NCBI RefSeq assembly: GCF_009914755.1
Contig: NC_060939.1
Strand: one strand, 5' to 3'
DNA length: 64,000 nucleotides
Origin: the human T2T-CHM13v2.0 reference genome, Homo sapiens
Shown here piece by piece: positions 13,954 to 25,877 of the stretch. Numbering within the stretch: the first letter of the stretch is position 1; every line of letters starts with the position of its first letter. The notes under the pieces were generated by a model. The model had not been told where the DNA came from. It did not search any database and worked only from the letters and a program-made list of their open reading frames with translations. The translations under genes were made by a program, and so were the position numbers.

Positions 13954-16900
13954 ATCTTGGACCAGAGTGAGAAATCTTGGACCAGAGACAAAAGAGGTCT
14001 TCTCTCAGGGTAGTGCACCATGAGAGGGAGCACCTGTTTACATTTTGTATCCTGGACACCAATCTTGCCTTGCTCTGGTGCTGGCCCTGAGAGGTGCAGG
14101 AATTTTATAAAGAGATTTACAAAACATTTTTGGATGACCAAATTGGTCCCTGGTTCTAGCTGGAATGAATAAACAAACTAAATAACAGTAGAGTGTGAGA
14201 GTAAGTGTGTGTGCTAGAGAATGTGTGCACATGTATGGCCTAGGTGAGTTCTTCACTTTGCTGACTTGTGAATTATTTGGGGTCCTATGGTCCTCCCCAT
14301 CATTCTTATTCATGTCAGTCCACCATCATTAAGGAAGTGGAAGCGAACACATTGTGTACATATCACTCCCATAGAGAGGGAGACTGGGGAAGAGGTTTGA
14401 GTTATAAGTCGCACCTAGGTTAGGTCTGGATGTGTCTTTGCAGGTTTCCTTGCTAGTTCCTTGGCCAGAGTTTCCATCGTGTCCCTCAGCTGCACAATTA
14501 AGGTGCCCCCGTTTTGTGCAAGTCTCATGCTAGGCAGTATGAGATGACACAAACTAGGATTCTGTTGTGAGATAAGATAAAAACACTTGACATTTAAAAG
14601 AGAGAGACAACTTATGCGGTGTGACGAGACACTCTACGACTTTTGCCAGAAGAGAAATAGAGGCAACAAGTGCTAGGAGCTCAGAGGAGGGTAAGTTCCA
14701 CATTTGGAACTTTGGATTAAAAGAATATTTGGGTCTGGTTGAAATCGAGGCCTTTCATGAGAAATGTCCACACTTGCTCAGTACTGTTTGCCGAACACTG
14801 TATACAAGGCCCTCGACTCGTGAATGAGTTGTAATGCAAAACTTTGCCAGGCATTTGGAATGTGGAGTATACTATTTTGTAAAGATGAGGTCTGAATGGT
14901 GGTTTAGGTCCCAGGCCAGTGTCCCTCTGCCCCCCACCTCCATATGTGCCCTCAAGCCGGTTTGGCTTAGACATTATTTATCTCTGACTACTGTGTACAG
15001 CTTAGTTCCATGGGGAGGAAAAGGCTTGATGAACCCTACCCTGGAAGGCTGGTGGCTCTGTTTTCTGATGGATGAGGTAGGAGTGGTGGAAAGCTGGTAG
15101 TTTCTACTTTGTGCCTGTTTAAAAAGCCCCCTCTGAGGCCTTAGCACTTAACAGATGTTCAGGATTGGGGGAATAAAGGAGCTGCCTTTGCAGAGGTCTG
15201 TGGGCATGCAGTGGGTGAGAGAGCAGGCACTGAGTGCCCCGAGTTTCCTGCCTGTGTGGGCAGGAGGATTCTCAGTGGAATCAGGAGCATCTCCGCCTGG
15301 TGCTGGAGGAGGTGTGGAGTTGAAGGTGGGATTCTTCCTCTTGAAGGACTTGAATGAGTTTCTGTGTGGCTGAACAGAAACTGGTTCAACACCCATGTCA
15401 TGATTTTTGTGAAGCGAGGACTTGGGGTCCCAAGTCTAGGTTTTAGGTTCCCTGCTGTAACCCGTGGCCACCGAGAGAGAGTTTTATGATAAAATGTCAG
15501 CAAAGTACCTGACAACGTCTCACGCTAGAATGAGTTTCGTACATGTTTAGTTCCCTCTCTTTTTATTCCACGCTCCCCCACCCCAACTTTAAATCAGAAA
15601 CGTGAGGGTGCTGATTGAAGCTTTTTATAACTTTTCTTATTGAGAATTGTTCTCTGGAGTTGTCTCCAAGAACAAAGGAATTCCAGACGTTCTTCTTCTC
15701 TCCTTGTCTCTTCTGTCCTCCAGTCAAAGAAAAACTCTGCATATGATCTTTGGCCTGGAGAAATATTAAATCTATGTTAAGTATGCAGACATGAATGGGC
15801 AAATGAAGGATTTGTGGCAAAGAAGATCTGCCGAAACAAATAAGTCATGTAAATGGGCAGAGGGAAATATTAAATTGATTGCATCTTTCAGCTCCTGGTA
15901 CTTAATGCAAAGATAAAGTAGTGGGAAAAGGTTGTCATTTGAAATAATGGAAAGATGAGGGAGTTTTGAAGCTAGCTGGGATTTTTCTGCCTGTTAATAG
16001 AGTGACTTGGATTACAGACTATAAAGATAAAGAGTAGGGCCGTTGCATTTAGTATGGATCATGATGCTGATTGCTGTCTGAGCAACCTCTGTACTAAGGG
16101 AGGAGAAGCTAACATCCCCGGGCCTGGAAGATACTGGATACTAGCTCATTAAACTCTTGTGAGAAGCCTTCATTAGCATTATGGGAAGACTTGCTGTATC
16201 TATATTATGAAGGCATTTAGATTTTTTTTTAAATGCATGTTCTTAACATTTTTTGTTTATTAAGTGGGGCAGTAGATTAGGACTGAATGGATTTGATTCT
16301 CTCATCCTACATAGTGTGCCCAGAAGCCAGAAGGTTTCCCAGAATTTGTATTATGGCAGCGAGGGCAAATTTAATTAGCAGATAGGAAAAGCTTTGGAGC
16401 AGTTTAGGCCAATCCATTTAATTGTATCAGCAATTAATATTTTGAGAAAATGGAAATAATTAAATTTACATTTCTTCTAGGACTTTATTTTGTTATCCTT
16501 TAAGGTTATTGTAAATGAGGAGACTTTTGAACTCACAGACTAAAGCAAACTACACCAGATAATCATTAACTTTTTCTATTGTGTGCCACCCTTCCCAACC
16601 AGATTGTTCCATAGTATCACTTATGAACCAAGAACCTGTGAGCTTGCAAAACGCATTTTTAAGGAGTCTCAACTTTTCTGATTTGTGTTAAAGTTTAGGT
16701 GTGGGTCCCAGAAATGAGTTTCATGGAGGGGAGAGGTTGTCTCTCTGGGTGGGTAATACAGGGGCCACTGGGGGCTCACTGTGGCTTTCTGGCACAGACA
16801 TTTATGAAGCAGGGGTGACTAAAGTGGGAGAGAGCAGCCAGTTCTCCAGCAGCCCCAGTGAGAGCTCTCATGGATCTGCCTATTGCACTGGGGTAGGAGC

Positions 16901-18080
16901 CATCACCGTCAGCTTTTCTCTGGCCCACAGTGCCATTTTCTGATTAAGCTGAGACCTCTGTAATAGACACGTTGTCATTTTTTCTTGTGTCTAAAAGTTT
17001 GCTTGACTGCAGTGGGTCTCCAGCTCAGAGCAGGTCTGGCTAGAGAAAACAGGAGGTGATGACTGGAGCACTTTGCCCTTATGGAACGTGCTCTGATGTA
17101 GAAAGCAAGAGGATTTTCCTTGCAGTCACTGAAGGTACCTTGTGTACACAGAAAGAAGACAGAGGGAGCCCCGGATGCCTCGGTATCCCTCAGAGCCGGA
17201 TCCTTCAGACCTGTGCAGTACCTGTGGATTTGGTTAGTCGATGATGCGCTGCCATTAAAACAAAGGCATCGGCCCTGGAATAGAGAAGTTCAGTGAGAAC
17301 CTCTGTACTCCATGGGCATTTTCTAGGAAATAATTTCACCTGCCCTGTGTAATTCTCTGGAAGAATCACAGTGAGTTGGAAGGAAACTTAAGACTTGGAA
17401 AAGGATTGAGAGGTTAGCCCAGACCACACCAGGGCTCTGAAGGCCCAGCTGGGGTTAGAACCTGGGACACCCTCCAGCCCACTGTCTCCTGTTCCCTGGC
17501 CATTTACTGCCCCACTCCCCTTTCTACTCTCAGGGGCCCTGGATCTAATGAGGGGATTCGTGCAGTTTGCTGCACTAATACATTGTAAGTGGTGCCAACC
17601 TAAAGGTATTCTGATGGTGGAATCAGAGCAGTAGCATCTTATTAGGTCAGAATCTGTATCTCCTCTTCCAAGATTTTTACATGATTTAGTGTTTTCTGAA
17701 TTGGAAAAAAACAAAAACAAAAACACACAAAAAAACCATGTCTAAATCCTAGCATTTCATCCCATGTTGATGAAAGGGCATCTTTTTTTTCCCCTAATCT
17801 GTGGTTAGAACTCTCAGAAACTTTTAGAAGATCCCTCCTATGTTTTGGAGGTTTGCAGATTTGAACCCCAGTTCCTCCCACAGTGCTTCTCCAACTCCTG
17901 GAATGAGGTAAACCTCCAGGCAGCCTGTTGACCCAACCCATGCATGCCGGTCTTTGGGACTCCTAGATGTGGACCCTGGAGTGAATAGGGATCAGGTGGG
18001 AAATGAGTTCCTTTGATCAAGATCCTTGTACCAGTGAACTGACCCCACTCCCCGTCTGGATTCCTGTGGTGATTACCCTC

Positions 18081-18433
18081 TGTATTAGTCTGTTTTCGTG
18101 CTGCTGATAAAGACGTACCCAAGACTGTGAAGAAAAAGAGGTTTTAATTGGACTTACAATTCCACATGGCTGGGGAGGCCTCAGAATCATGGCAGGAGGC
18201 AAAAGGTACTTCTTACATGGTGGCAGCAAGAGAAAATGTGGAAGAAGCAAAAGTGGAAACCCTGATAAACCCATCAGATCTCGTCAGACTTATTCACTAT
18301 CATGAGAATAGCACGGGAAAGACCAGCCCTCATGATTCAATTACCTCACCTGGGTCTTTCCCATAACACATGAAAATTCTGGGAGACACAATTCAAGTTG
18401 AGATTTGGGCGGGGACACAGCCAAATCATATCA
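18081..18433 (-). mobile_element. THE1A-like MaLR solo LTR, complete, with 5-bp TSD CCCTC
   Basis: Begins tgtattagtctgttttc and ends cagccaaatcatatca (TG..CA); ccctc at 18076-18080 and 18434-18438. Confidence 0.92.
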
Positions 18434-18489
18434 CCCTCTTAGCAAGGACTGTGTTCGTGATCATGACTGGCATTCACTGAACAATGACT

Positions 18490-18655
18490 AGGTGCCAGGC
18501 ACCTCGCCAGTATTCTTTAATCTTTGCACAGTCTGTAGGGTGGATATGGATATTACTGTTCCATTTTTTGTGGAAGAGGAAATGGAGGCAAGAGACCTGA
18601 TTATAACTTGTGCAAGGTGCCATGCAGCTAAGCAGCCAGCCCAAATCCAGACCTG
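18490..18655 (-). mobile_element. MIR fragment
   Basis: gtgccaggcac..tattactgttccattttttgtggaagaggaaatggaggc..aacttgtgcaaggtgccatgcagctaag. Confidence 0.7.
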
Positions 18656-19101
18656 CTTTCCTATGATTTTCCTGCCCATTACTCTCCCATCGTAGCTCAC
18701 CTAATACTTCCTAGTGGGCTGCTGCTGAACACACACCCAGGGATGACTTAGTGGCTTGTCTTGCTCTGAAGAAGGCTAGGCACCATGTTGGATGAGTTCT
18801 TGAAGATGTCTTGCTCTAGTCAAGAAACTTTTAAATCTTTGGAGTTTTTGTCCACATCTGCCTAGTTCTTAGTAAACATGATGTGGGTTCTATTAGCATG
18901 GCGCCCTCCCTCCCTTCCTACCACCTTTATATGAGCGGAGAACATCTATGACTCTTATGAGAAAGGAAAGATGAAAATCAGAGTGACATAGTATAGTTAA
19001 ATTGCAGATGCTTAATTATAAAACAGCTTGTTTCTGAATTTTAATTCCTTGCTTTTCTCTGACTTTTTAAATTCCCCTCCTTAGGCAGAATTCATTTTTA
19101 C

Positions 19102-19463
<362 letters not shown>

Positions 19464-20094
19464 TGATTAGGTACCTTTGTTTGGTTCATTTTTAACTAAG
19501 GAGATTTCTTTCTTTTTAAAACCATTCTTTAATCTTGTAAAAATATCATTTAATGGGTGGATGTTTTAGCTGTGATGAATGACAGGTTGTCGTAAAGGAA
19601 GAAAGGTATGTGGTTTCCAGTAAACTTTTAATTCTTTTGCAAAATAAAAATAACAGTCGTACAGAGAGTAAAATATATGAAGAGTCAGGAAGTGATTTAT
19701 CAAAATCAGATCTTGGACTGCTGGTTTTACCATGAATTAGGCTCTTGGAAAGTGATTGGGCCAGTGTAGGTTTACATTTTTTTTTTCTTGTTTTATTTGT
19801 CAAAGCAAACTTGTGGTTGCCTGCCCGTAGTTTAATTCTGCCTCCTTTGGGCAAACAACCGACTTTTACTGGGAGTCTTTCTCAGGGAGATAAAGGTGCA
19901 CCCTGAAACTCTGCTCTCTGATTCCTCAGCAAAGTCAGTCCTGAGTATGGGGCTTGGGTGTCTCTGCAAGGCCTTGCAAGTGAGATGGGCTGTCACCTGA
20001 GCTCAGGTGGGGCTGCTCCTGCCTTGGACAGCCTCCCCAGCTTCTCCTGCATTATACCCAGGGGCTGGAGGGCAGAGAGCAGGTCTTCTTCTGC

Positions 20095-20320
20095 TGGTCG
20101 GGGCAGTCACAGGCTTTCCTCTCGGCCTGCTTGTCCTCCGGGTGGGTCCAGCACCCGCTGGGATTCCTGTGGGCTTAGTCACTGTGTGGCGGCGGCAGAA
20201 GGACTGGGGAAACCGCCGGCCGGCCCTGGTGCGCTGTCACCCCGAAGGAATGCGGGCCAGGCCGGGGCTGCTGGGCCTGGAAAGTTCTCCAGTCCCTGTT
20301 GCAGATCTGGCCTGCCGACT
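20095..20320. promoter_or_regulatory. GC/CpG-rich intronic patch, candidate enhancer
   Basis: Local CpG enrichment in non-repeat sequence (ggcggcggcag, aaccgccggccggccc, gcgggccaggccgggg); function is inferred only. Confidence 0.4.
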
Positions 20321-20404
20321 CAAAGTAAATCTCTCTTCCCCTTTATTTCCCATCAAATAAAAAAGGAACACGAGGTAGCCACTGTACTCACTGAAGATGC
20401 ATTG

Positions 20405-20507
20405 TTTTTTTTTTTTTTTTTTTTTTAAGCGAGCAGCAGCAAGATTTATTGTGAAGAGTGAAAGAACAAAGCTTCCACAGCATGGAAAGGGACCCAAGCG
20501 GGTTGCC
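20405..20507 (-). mobile_element. Polyadenylated retrocopy of an ERV9/LTR12 R-region fragment with TSD
   Basis: Minus strand: GGCAACCCGCTTGGGTCCCTTTCCATGCTGTGGAAGCTTTGTTCTTTCACTCTTCACAATAAATCTTGCTGCTGCTCGCTT-(A)22; flanked by ctgaagatgcatt at 20391-20403 and 20508-20520. Confidence 0.85.
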
Positions 20508-21244
20508 CTGAAGATGCATTTTTTAACTTGCTTTTTAACTAAGTATTTTTGCTCTGAGCTTTCCTGGATCTGTAAACACACCCCCAGCTATTCAAGATGG
20601 GCTTCTTGGTGAAAAGTGATGTGTCCTAGGAGAAATCACGCCTGTTGTTGCCGCTGGCCATCACAGATCCCGGTGCCTGTCTGTGAAAGGCTGGCCGGGC
20701 TGGGTGGGGATGAGAATGGTCGGGTTGTCTAGACTCAGCCTGGACTGTCTTTGACTGGAGGGGCCTGAGCTCCTCCTCCACTGCTCAAGACCCCGGTTAA
20801 GGGGACAGCAGAGCAGGGATGAGAAGTGGCCCTCTTCACATCACCTCCCAGCAAGAGGGCCTGACTTAGTGCTCCCACCATTGCCAGCCCCAGTTTCAGG
20901 GTCCCACTCAGTTGTATTTGAATAGGTCTCATGACATGTGCTTTGCTTGAAGAGCGGCTATTAGCAGCAGACGTTCAAGAGGCTGAGCTCAAGCAGGTGA
21001 GCATGTTCTGAGCCATTGTGAACCCAGTGAGGTGCCTATGCTGATGCCCAGGGCCGCCTGGGCGGGGTCAGGCCCCCATCGCTTCTTCATCCTAGCTCTG
21101 GGAGTGCATTCTGCACTCTCCCGAGGCCAGCTGGTGGCCTTTGGTGATCACCCTCTCTGTAAGTTTTTAAGTGGCTTCCTTTCCTCTGGTGGAGAAGCCA
21201 GCACCTTTATCCTATGACAAGAAAGCTCTTTGTAGTAGGTGGTA

Positions 21245-21447
21245 GTAGAATCAGACAGATCTGGCTTAAAATCTTGGCTGTGCTACCTCTTGGCTCTGCA
21301 CATTGGTGAAGAGAATTTACCTTCCTAAGGCCTCTCAGCTACACGACTGTGGACACTCAGCTTCCTTCTAAGGTCGTTGTGAGAGGTAAAGAAAAGGGGT
21401 TAGTCCAGGGCCAGACATGGCACAATGCCTCAATGAAATATTAGCTG
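21245..21447 (+). mobile_element. MIR fragment
   Basis: tagaatcagacagatctggcttaaaatcttggctgtgctacc..aaggtcgttgtgagaggtaaa..ctcaatgaaatattagctg. Confidence 0.7.
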
Positions 21448-22521
21448 ATACTATCATAATTTTTAAATTCCCATAGGACTCACTGTTAAAGGATTACAAG
21501 GCTGACACAAAAAATACTGCATTTTGAATTTGTGTCTGATTTATACATTTCCAAAGAGTGGAATTCTCACTACAACAGCTGTTCTTTGAAAGGTTAGATC
21601 TTTGTTCTGAGATAAATTAAGTGGAAAAAGGTGTAGAGCATTATATGTACTCTGATTCTTCAGGGCTTAATTTAAAAAGAGCATGTTTGCTGGTGAATGC
21701 TGGTTCAATCATTAAGAAGTTTTTGAGAAGGAATCCCAGAAAGTAATAAGCACTTATTTTTCATGGAAAGGAACCGGAAGTGCTTGGTGACCTCCACAGG
21801 TAATCTTGTATTATTTTTGCACTGTTTGGAATTTTTTAACCATGTGCTTTTATTTCTTCTATTCTTTTCAAAGGTCAGTAGGTGTTATCTGGACAATAGG
21901 GTTCTGGTCTGTTTTCTGTTTTCTTCATTGTACTGTGCATTAAGAAAAACCCTAATGTGCTTTTTTTTTTTTTTAAGTGAACCTTTCCACATCTCATTGT
22001 CCTTCAGTGAGAGCAGGCTGTGTGTGTGGTCTTGGTGAACTGTCCCGTTCCCTGGAGACAGTATCTGGGGGCCTCCCTGCCCTTCCCAGTAAGAGCTGGG
22101 CCTTCACAGGAATAGAGGCCTAGGATTCGCCTTCATCCTCTTGAAGAGCCCTAACAGTAGGTCCTGGCTGGGGTCTGGCATAGAATGCCCTTGGCACGAT
22201 GTGTGTGAGTGTGTCTTTCCTTAGTAAATGGCCTTGAAAATGCCATGTGCTTCTGGCAGGCCTGGATAAGGTTTGCCCTGCATAACCCTTGGAAAGCACA
22301 GTTCTCACTTGTAACACCCTGTCTGCAGGTCCATGATATTGTAATTAAAAAGTTATGGGATCACAAGGGCCTATTTAAAGGGCATCTGGTCTAAAGGCAC
22401 AGTTAAAAGCAGAATTTGTGTCAGTGGCTCCCTTAATTTCTCAAATATGGTTCTGTTTCTAAATTCATCCCACTGGATGTCTGTGTTGAGTTTTCTGTTG
22501 ATGAAAGAATGTTTAAAAATG

Positions 22522-22595
22522 AGGCAGATCCAAATTCTAATGTCTGAGTGTACCACTGCTTAATTACTTTGGGCAGGTCACCTCACCTCTCTTGG
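22522..22595 (+). mobile_element. MIR fragment
   Basis: accactgcttaattactttgggcaggtcacctcacctctct. Confidence 0.5.
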
Positions 22596-22619
22596 AAAGA
22601 AAGGTGATATACTACATCT

Positions 22620-22860
22620 GTGATTTTCAATTTTTTTTTTTTTAACTAGACCCACAGTAAAACATAGATATACACCATGATCCCAGGACAGAATAAGTAT
22701 ATAACTAAAATAAGTGTTTTGAAATCACTTCTTGTCTGACACAGCACTCACGCTTTCTATTCATGTAGTACCACGATACTTTCTTCTATTCTAATGCTGG
22801 TAAGAGATGCCTTAAACTGATTTTGAGAACTACCAATGGGTAGCAGCTAGCGGCTTAAAA
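22620..22860 (-). mobile_element. Old hAT-Charlie-type DNA transposon remnant
   Basis: aatgctggt..taaactgattttgagaactaccaatgggt.. resembles a Charlie4-like terminus; highly diverged. Confidence 0.4.
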
Positions 22861-24400
22861 AGGATGTTATTAAGGTCCTTTTCACCCTGATTTTGACTCT
22901 GTTGGCTCTCAGCTGAGTGCCCCATACTTAGTGCACATAGAGTTGGCCTCTGAGGTCAGCCTCCTGTTTTCCTGTGAAAATGAGGATGGAAGAGAGTCAC
23001 TTGTTTCCCTCCTTCATGGCTACCCCCTGAGGACTGGGAAGAATTTAAGAATTTGAGTATATGTTCCCAATAGCATGATGTGTTTCATTGTTCATCTGTA
23101 AGCATTTTTAAATATTCGAGATCTGTATCTTGGGTAATTTTTATCAACTTTTTATTTGTAAAATAATTTCAAGTCAGTTATTAAAGTAACAAAAATAATG
23201 GCAAACTTGATACCTTCCCGTATTTTTTTTTCATATTTTTCCTTGAATGCTTACAGAAATATTAAAGAATATTATCACATCATTGTAGTCACCGATGAAT
23301 TATTTTCTGGTGGCTTATGATTAGAAGAGCTTGACTCGGAGTGGAAACAGATAACATTTGAGTGCTCTTTCTGTTAATTCATCCTTGTCAATAACCCCAT
23401 TAGCTAACTTCCAGCAAGGCTGTGTTAGGAATGTGGAATCAATTAGATGAATTTTGAAAATAACTTGGTCTGTTCTAAAAGGCCCTATGAGATCCAAACT
23501 GTTGTGGCCTGGTGCCTGGTAACTTTGATGGCCATTTTGAAATGTTACCGTAGTGATAATTCTTCTGGAATCTCAAGTCATTAAAAGTGATATGGCTAAC
23601 TCTGGGCCCTGTGCTATAAAAATAGATGTCATGGGATGTGTGAATCCTTTCTTCAGTGTTATAGTTAATAGCAACTGAAGGAACGTTTTGGTCAAATCCC
23701 GAATACTTATTAGGGGCTCACTGCTTGGCTGCATTTTTCTCCTCTGCGTAAATCATCTATCCATGTAATTATTAACCCCTAAGAATGAATAGCATTTTTA
23801 AAAGGGTTCCATTTTCCCCTCATATGACTTTGGTTCATTCTCCTCCTTGTTTCTGTCTCTCAGTGAACTTTCCAAAAGATGGGTTATGATGAAAGATGAA
23901 TCGTCGTTGATAACTGCTCTTACTTATCTGTGTATCGAAACTGCAGGTAGTGCTCTTCAGCTCTGTGGCTGGATTTAGTGCCTCTTCTAGGGAGGGGTGG
24001 GTGTTGGCACAAAGCGTATCCCATTTCCCTGAATGTCGTGTGGACACGTGAGAGGACAGTGCACCCTTTGGGCTTGGTGCTGCCCCCTTCACGCTACTGA
24101 ACCCCAGGGTCATAATTAAAAGCTGTGTTAGCTCTTCTCTGGTTAGAGGCATACAGGTTGGAGGCTTGTACATAGCCGTGAGCCGGTTGGTCTAGGCCAG
24201 GAAGCAAACCATTGGAAAATGTGGTTAGCAGTGACAGTTGACAGCATGTTTGCCTGCAGTAGTGGTGGTTGGTGCTGCGTGTTGACTGGAGTTGCTTGCA
24301 TTGGGAGAGCCTGACTTGGCCAAGTGTGTAGCTTGAGACCAGTTGGATTCCTCTCAGAGAGACAGTCTTCACCCCCAAGCTCTGGGTGTTGGGCGTGCAG

Positions 24401-25600
24401 CATTCGTATTCAGCAAACATTTGCTGATTTCCGCCTCTGCAACTACTGAGCTCAGCTTTGGGGATCTGAAGATGAATAGACACAGCCACACTTCTGGGGA
24501 AATCTCCCTGTGGGGAGGCTGACATGGAAACCAACCAAATGGGAGTGTGGTGCATATCTTATTAGAGCTTTGTGCAAAGTGCCACAGGAAGCAGGAGAAG
24601 GGGTAGATTGGTGTGGAGGGGGCAGGGGAAGACTTGCCTAGGAGCAGGGCCTCGCAGGATGCAGAGGAGTTTGCCAAGTACCAGAGATTGTGGGGTAGGT
24701 GAATAAAGGCTGAGTATAAGGATAAGTCAATTCAGGCAGATGTCCTCTAAGAATGAAGGTGAGAATGCTGGCGGAAACCAGTTGTGGCCCTGTCTGCCTT
24801 CCCTAGGAGACTGGACCTGACTTTACAGGCAGTGACGGTGAAGCAGGGCAGTGCCACGAGCAGATCTGTGTTTCCTGAAGGGTCTCTGGCAGCTGTCTGG
24901 GGAAGGAGGGAAGCTGGCAGAGCCGTGGGTGGAGGCAGATGCCATTGCTATGGAGTGAGCATGGGGAAGGGGGTCGGAGGCCTTTTGGAGATAGATACAG
25001 CAAGACTTGGTGAAGGATGAAGTTGGGGCAGGTAGAGGAAAAGCAATGAGCTTACGGATGACTGGAGACTGACTGGAGAAGATGACCACCCTTGCCATTA
25101 ACTAGGATAGGAAACAACAAAGGGTAGGAGTTTGACAGGGGAGAATGTTTGTGCTGTTGAGTTGTTGAGTTTAGGTGCTTGTGGCACGAGCAAGGGGAGT
25201 GAGCTGGTCTAGGAGGTTTTTGGAAACACTGACCTGGCTGCAGAGAGGGAGATCCTGGGACACCTGTTTTGGGAGTTATCCCAGTGGGGAAGGATCACTG
25301 GGAAGGGGGCCACCCCTTTGGGAGGGGTCAGTGGGACGACTCCCAAGGGAAGAGGTTGGTTATAGGGAGTTAAAAGAAAGGAGCACCCCTCACGCGAGCC
25401 CATTTTTCAAGGATACATGTTTGTCTTTTAGATTCTATAAGGAGTAGCTGCTACACAGAAAGATGTCTACGTGTGGGTGAACACCTGGCGTATCCCATGC
25501 AGGGAGGCTTCAGCAGACCTTGGTGGCGATGGAACCACCACAGTGATCCGAGGATTGGGTCTGAAGGCTCCTCCGAGTCTCCAATAAAAGGGGTTGTTTT
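24401..25600 (-). mobile_element. L2 LINE 3' remnant
   Basis: cattcgtattcagcaaacatttgctga (antisense L2 tail) followed by purine-rich L2-like body. Confidence 0.65.
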
Positions 25601-25624
25601 GAAGGGCTCAGGTTCTTCCTGGGC

Positions 25625-25877
25625 TTTTTTGGGACAGTCTTGCTCTGTTGCCCAGGCTGGAGTGCAGTAGAGGCAATCATGGCTTATTGCAGCCTCAGCC
25701 TCCTGCCTCTGGGCTCAAGTGATCCTTCTGCCTCAGCCTCCTGCGTGGTTGGGACTATAGGTGCATACCCCCATGCCTGGCTAATTTTTAATAGAGATGG
25801 GGTCTTGGGCTCAAGTTATCCTCCCACCTCAGTCTCCCAAAGCGCTAGGATTACAGACATGAGCCACTGTACCTGGC
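25625..25877 (-). mobile_element. Alu (AluJ-like) with internal deletion
   Basis: Antisense Alu; part of the left arm is missing after agagatggggtctt. Confidence 0.9.

Noticed and set aside
19958-20428. 156-aa ORF over the GC-rich patch
   Set aside because: Stop scarcity is explained by GC content; it ends in poly-Phe from the retrocopy T run and has no homology I recognise.
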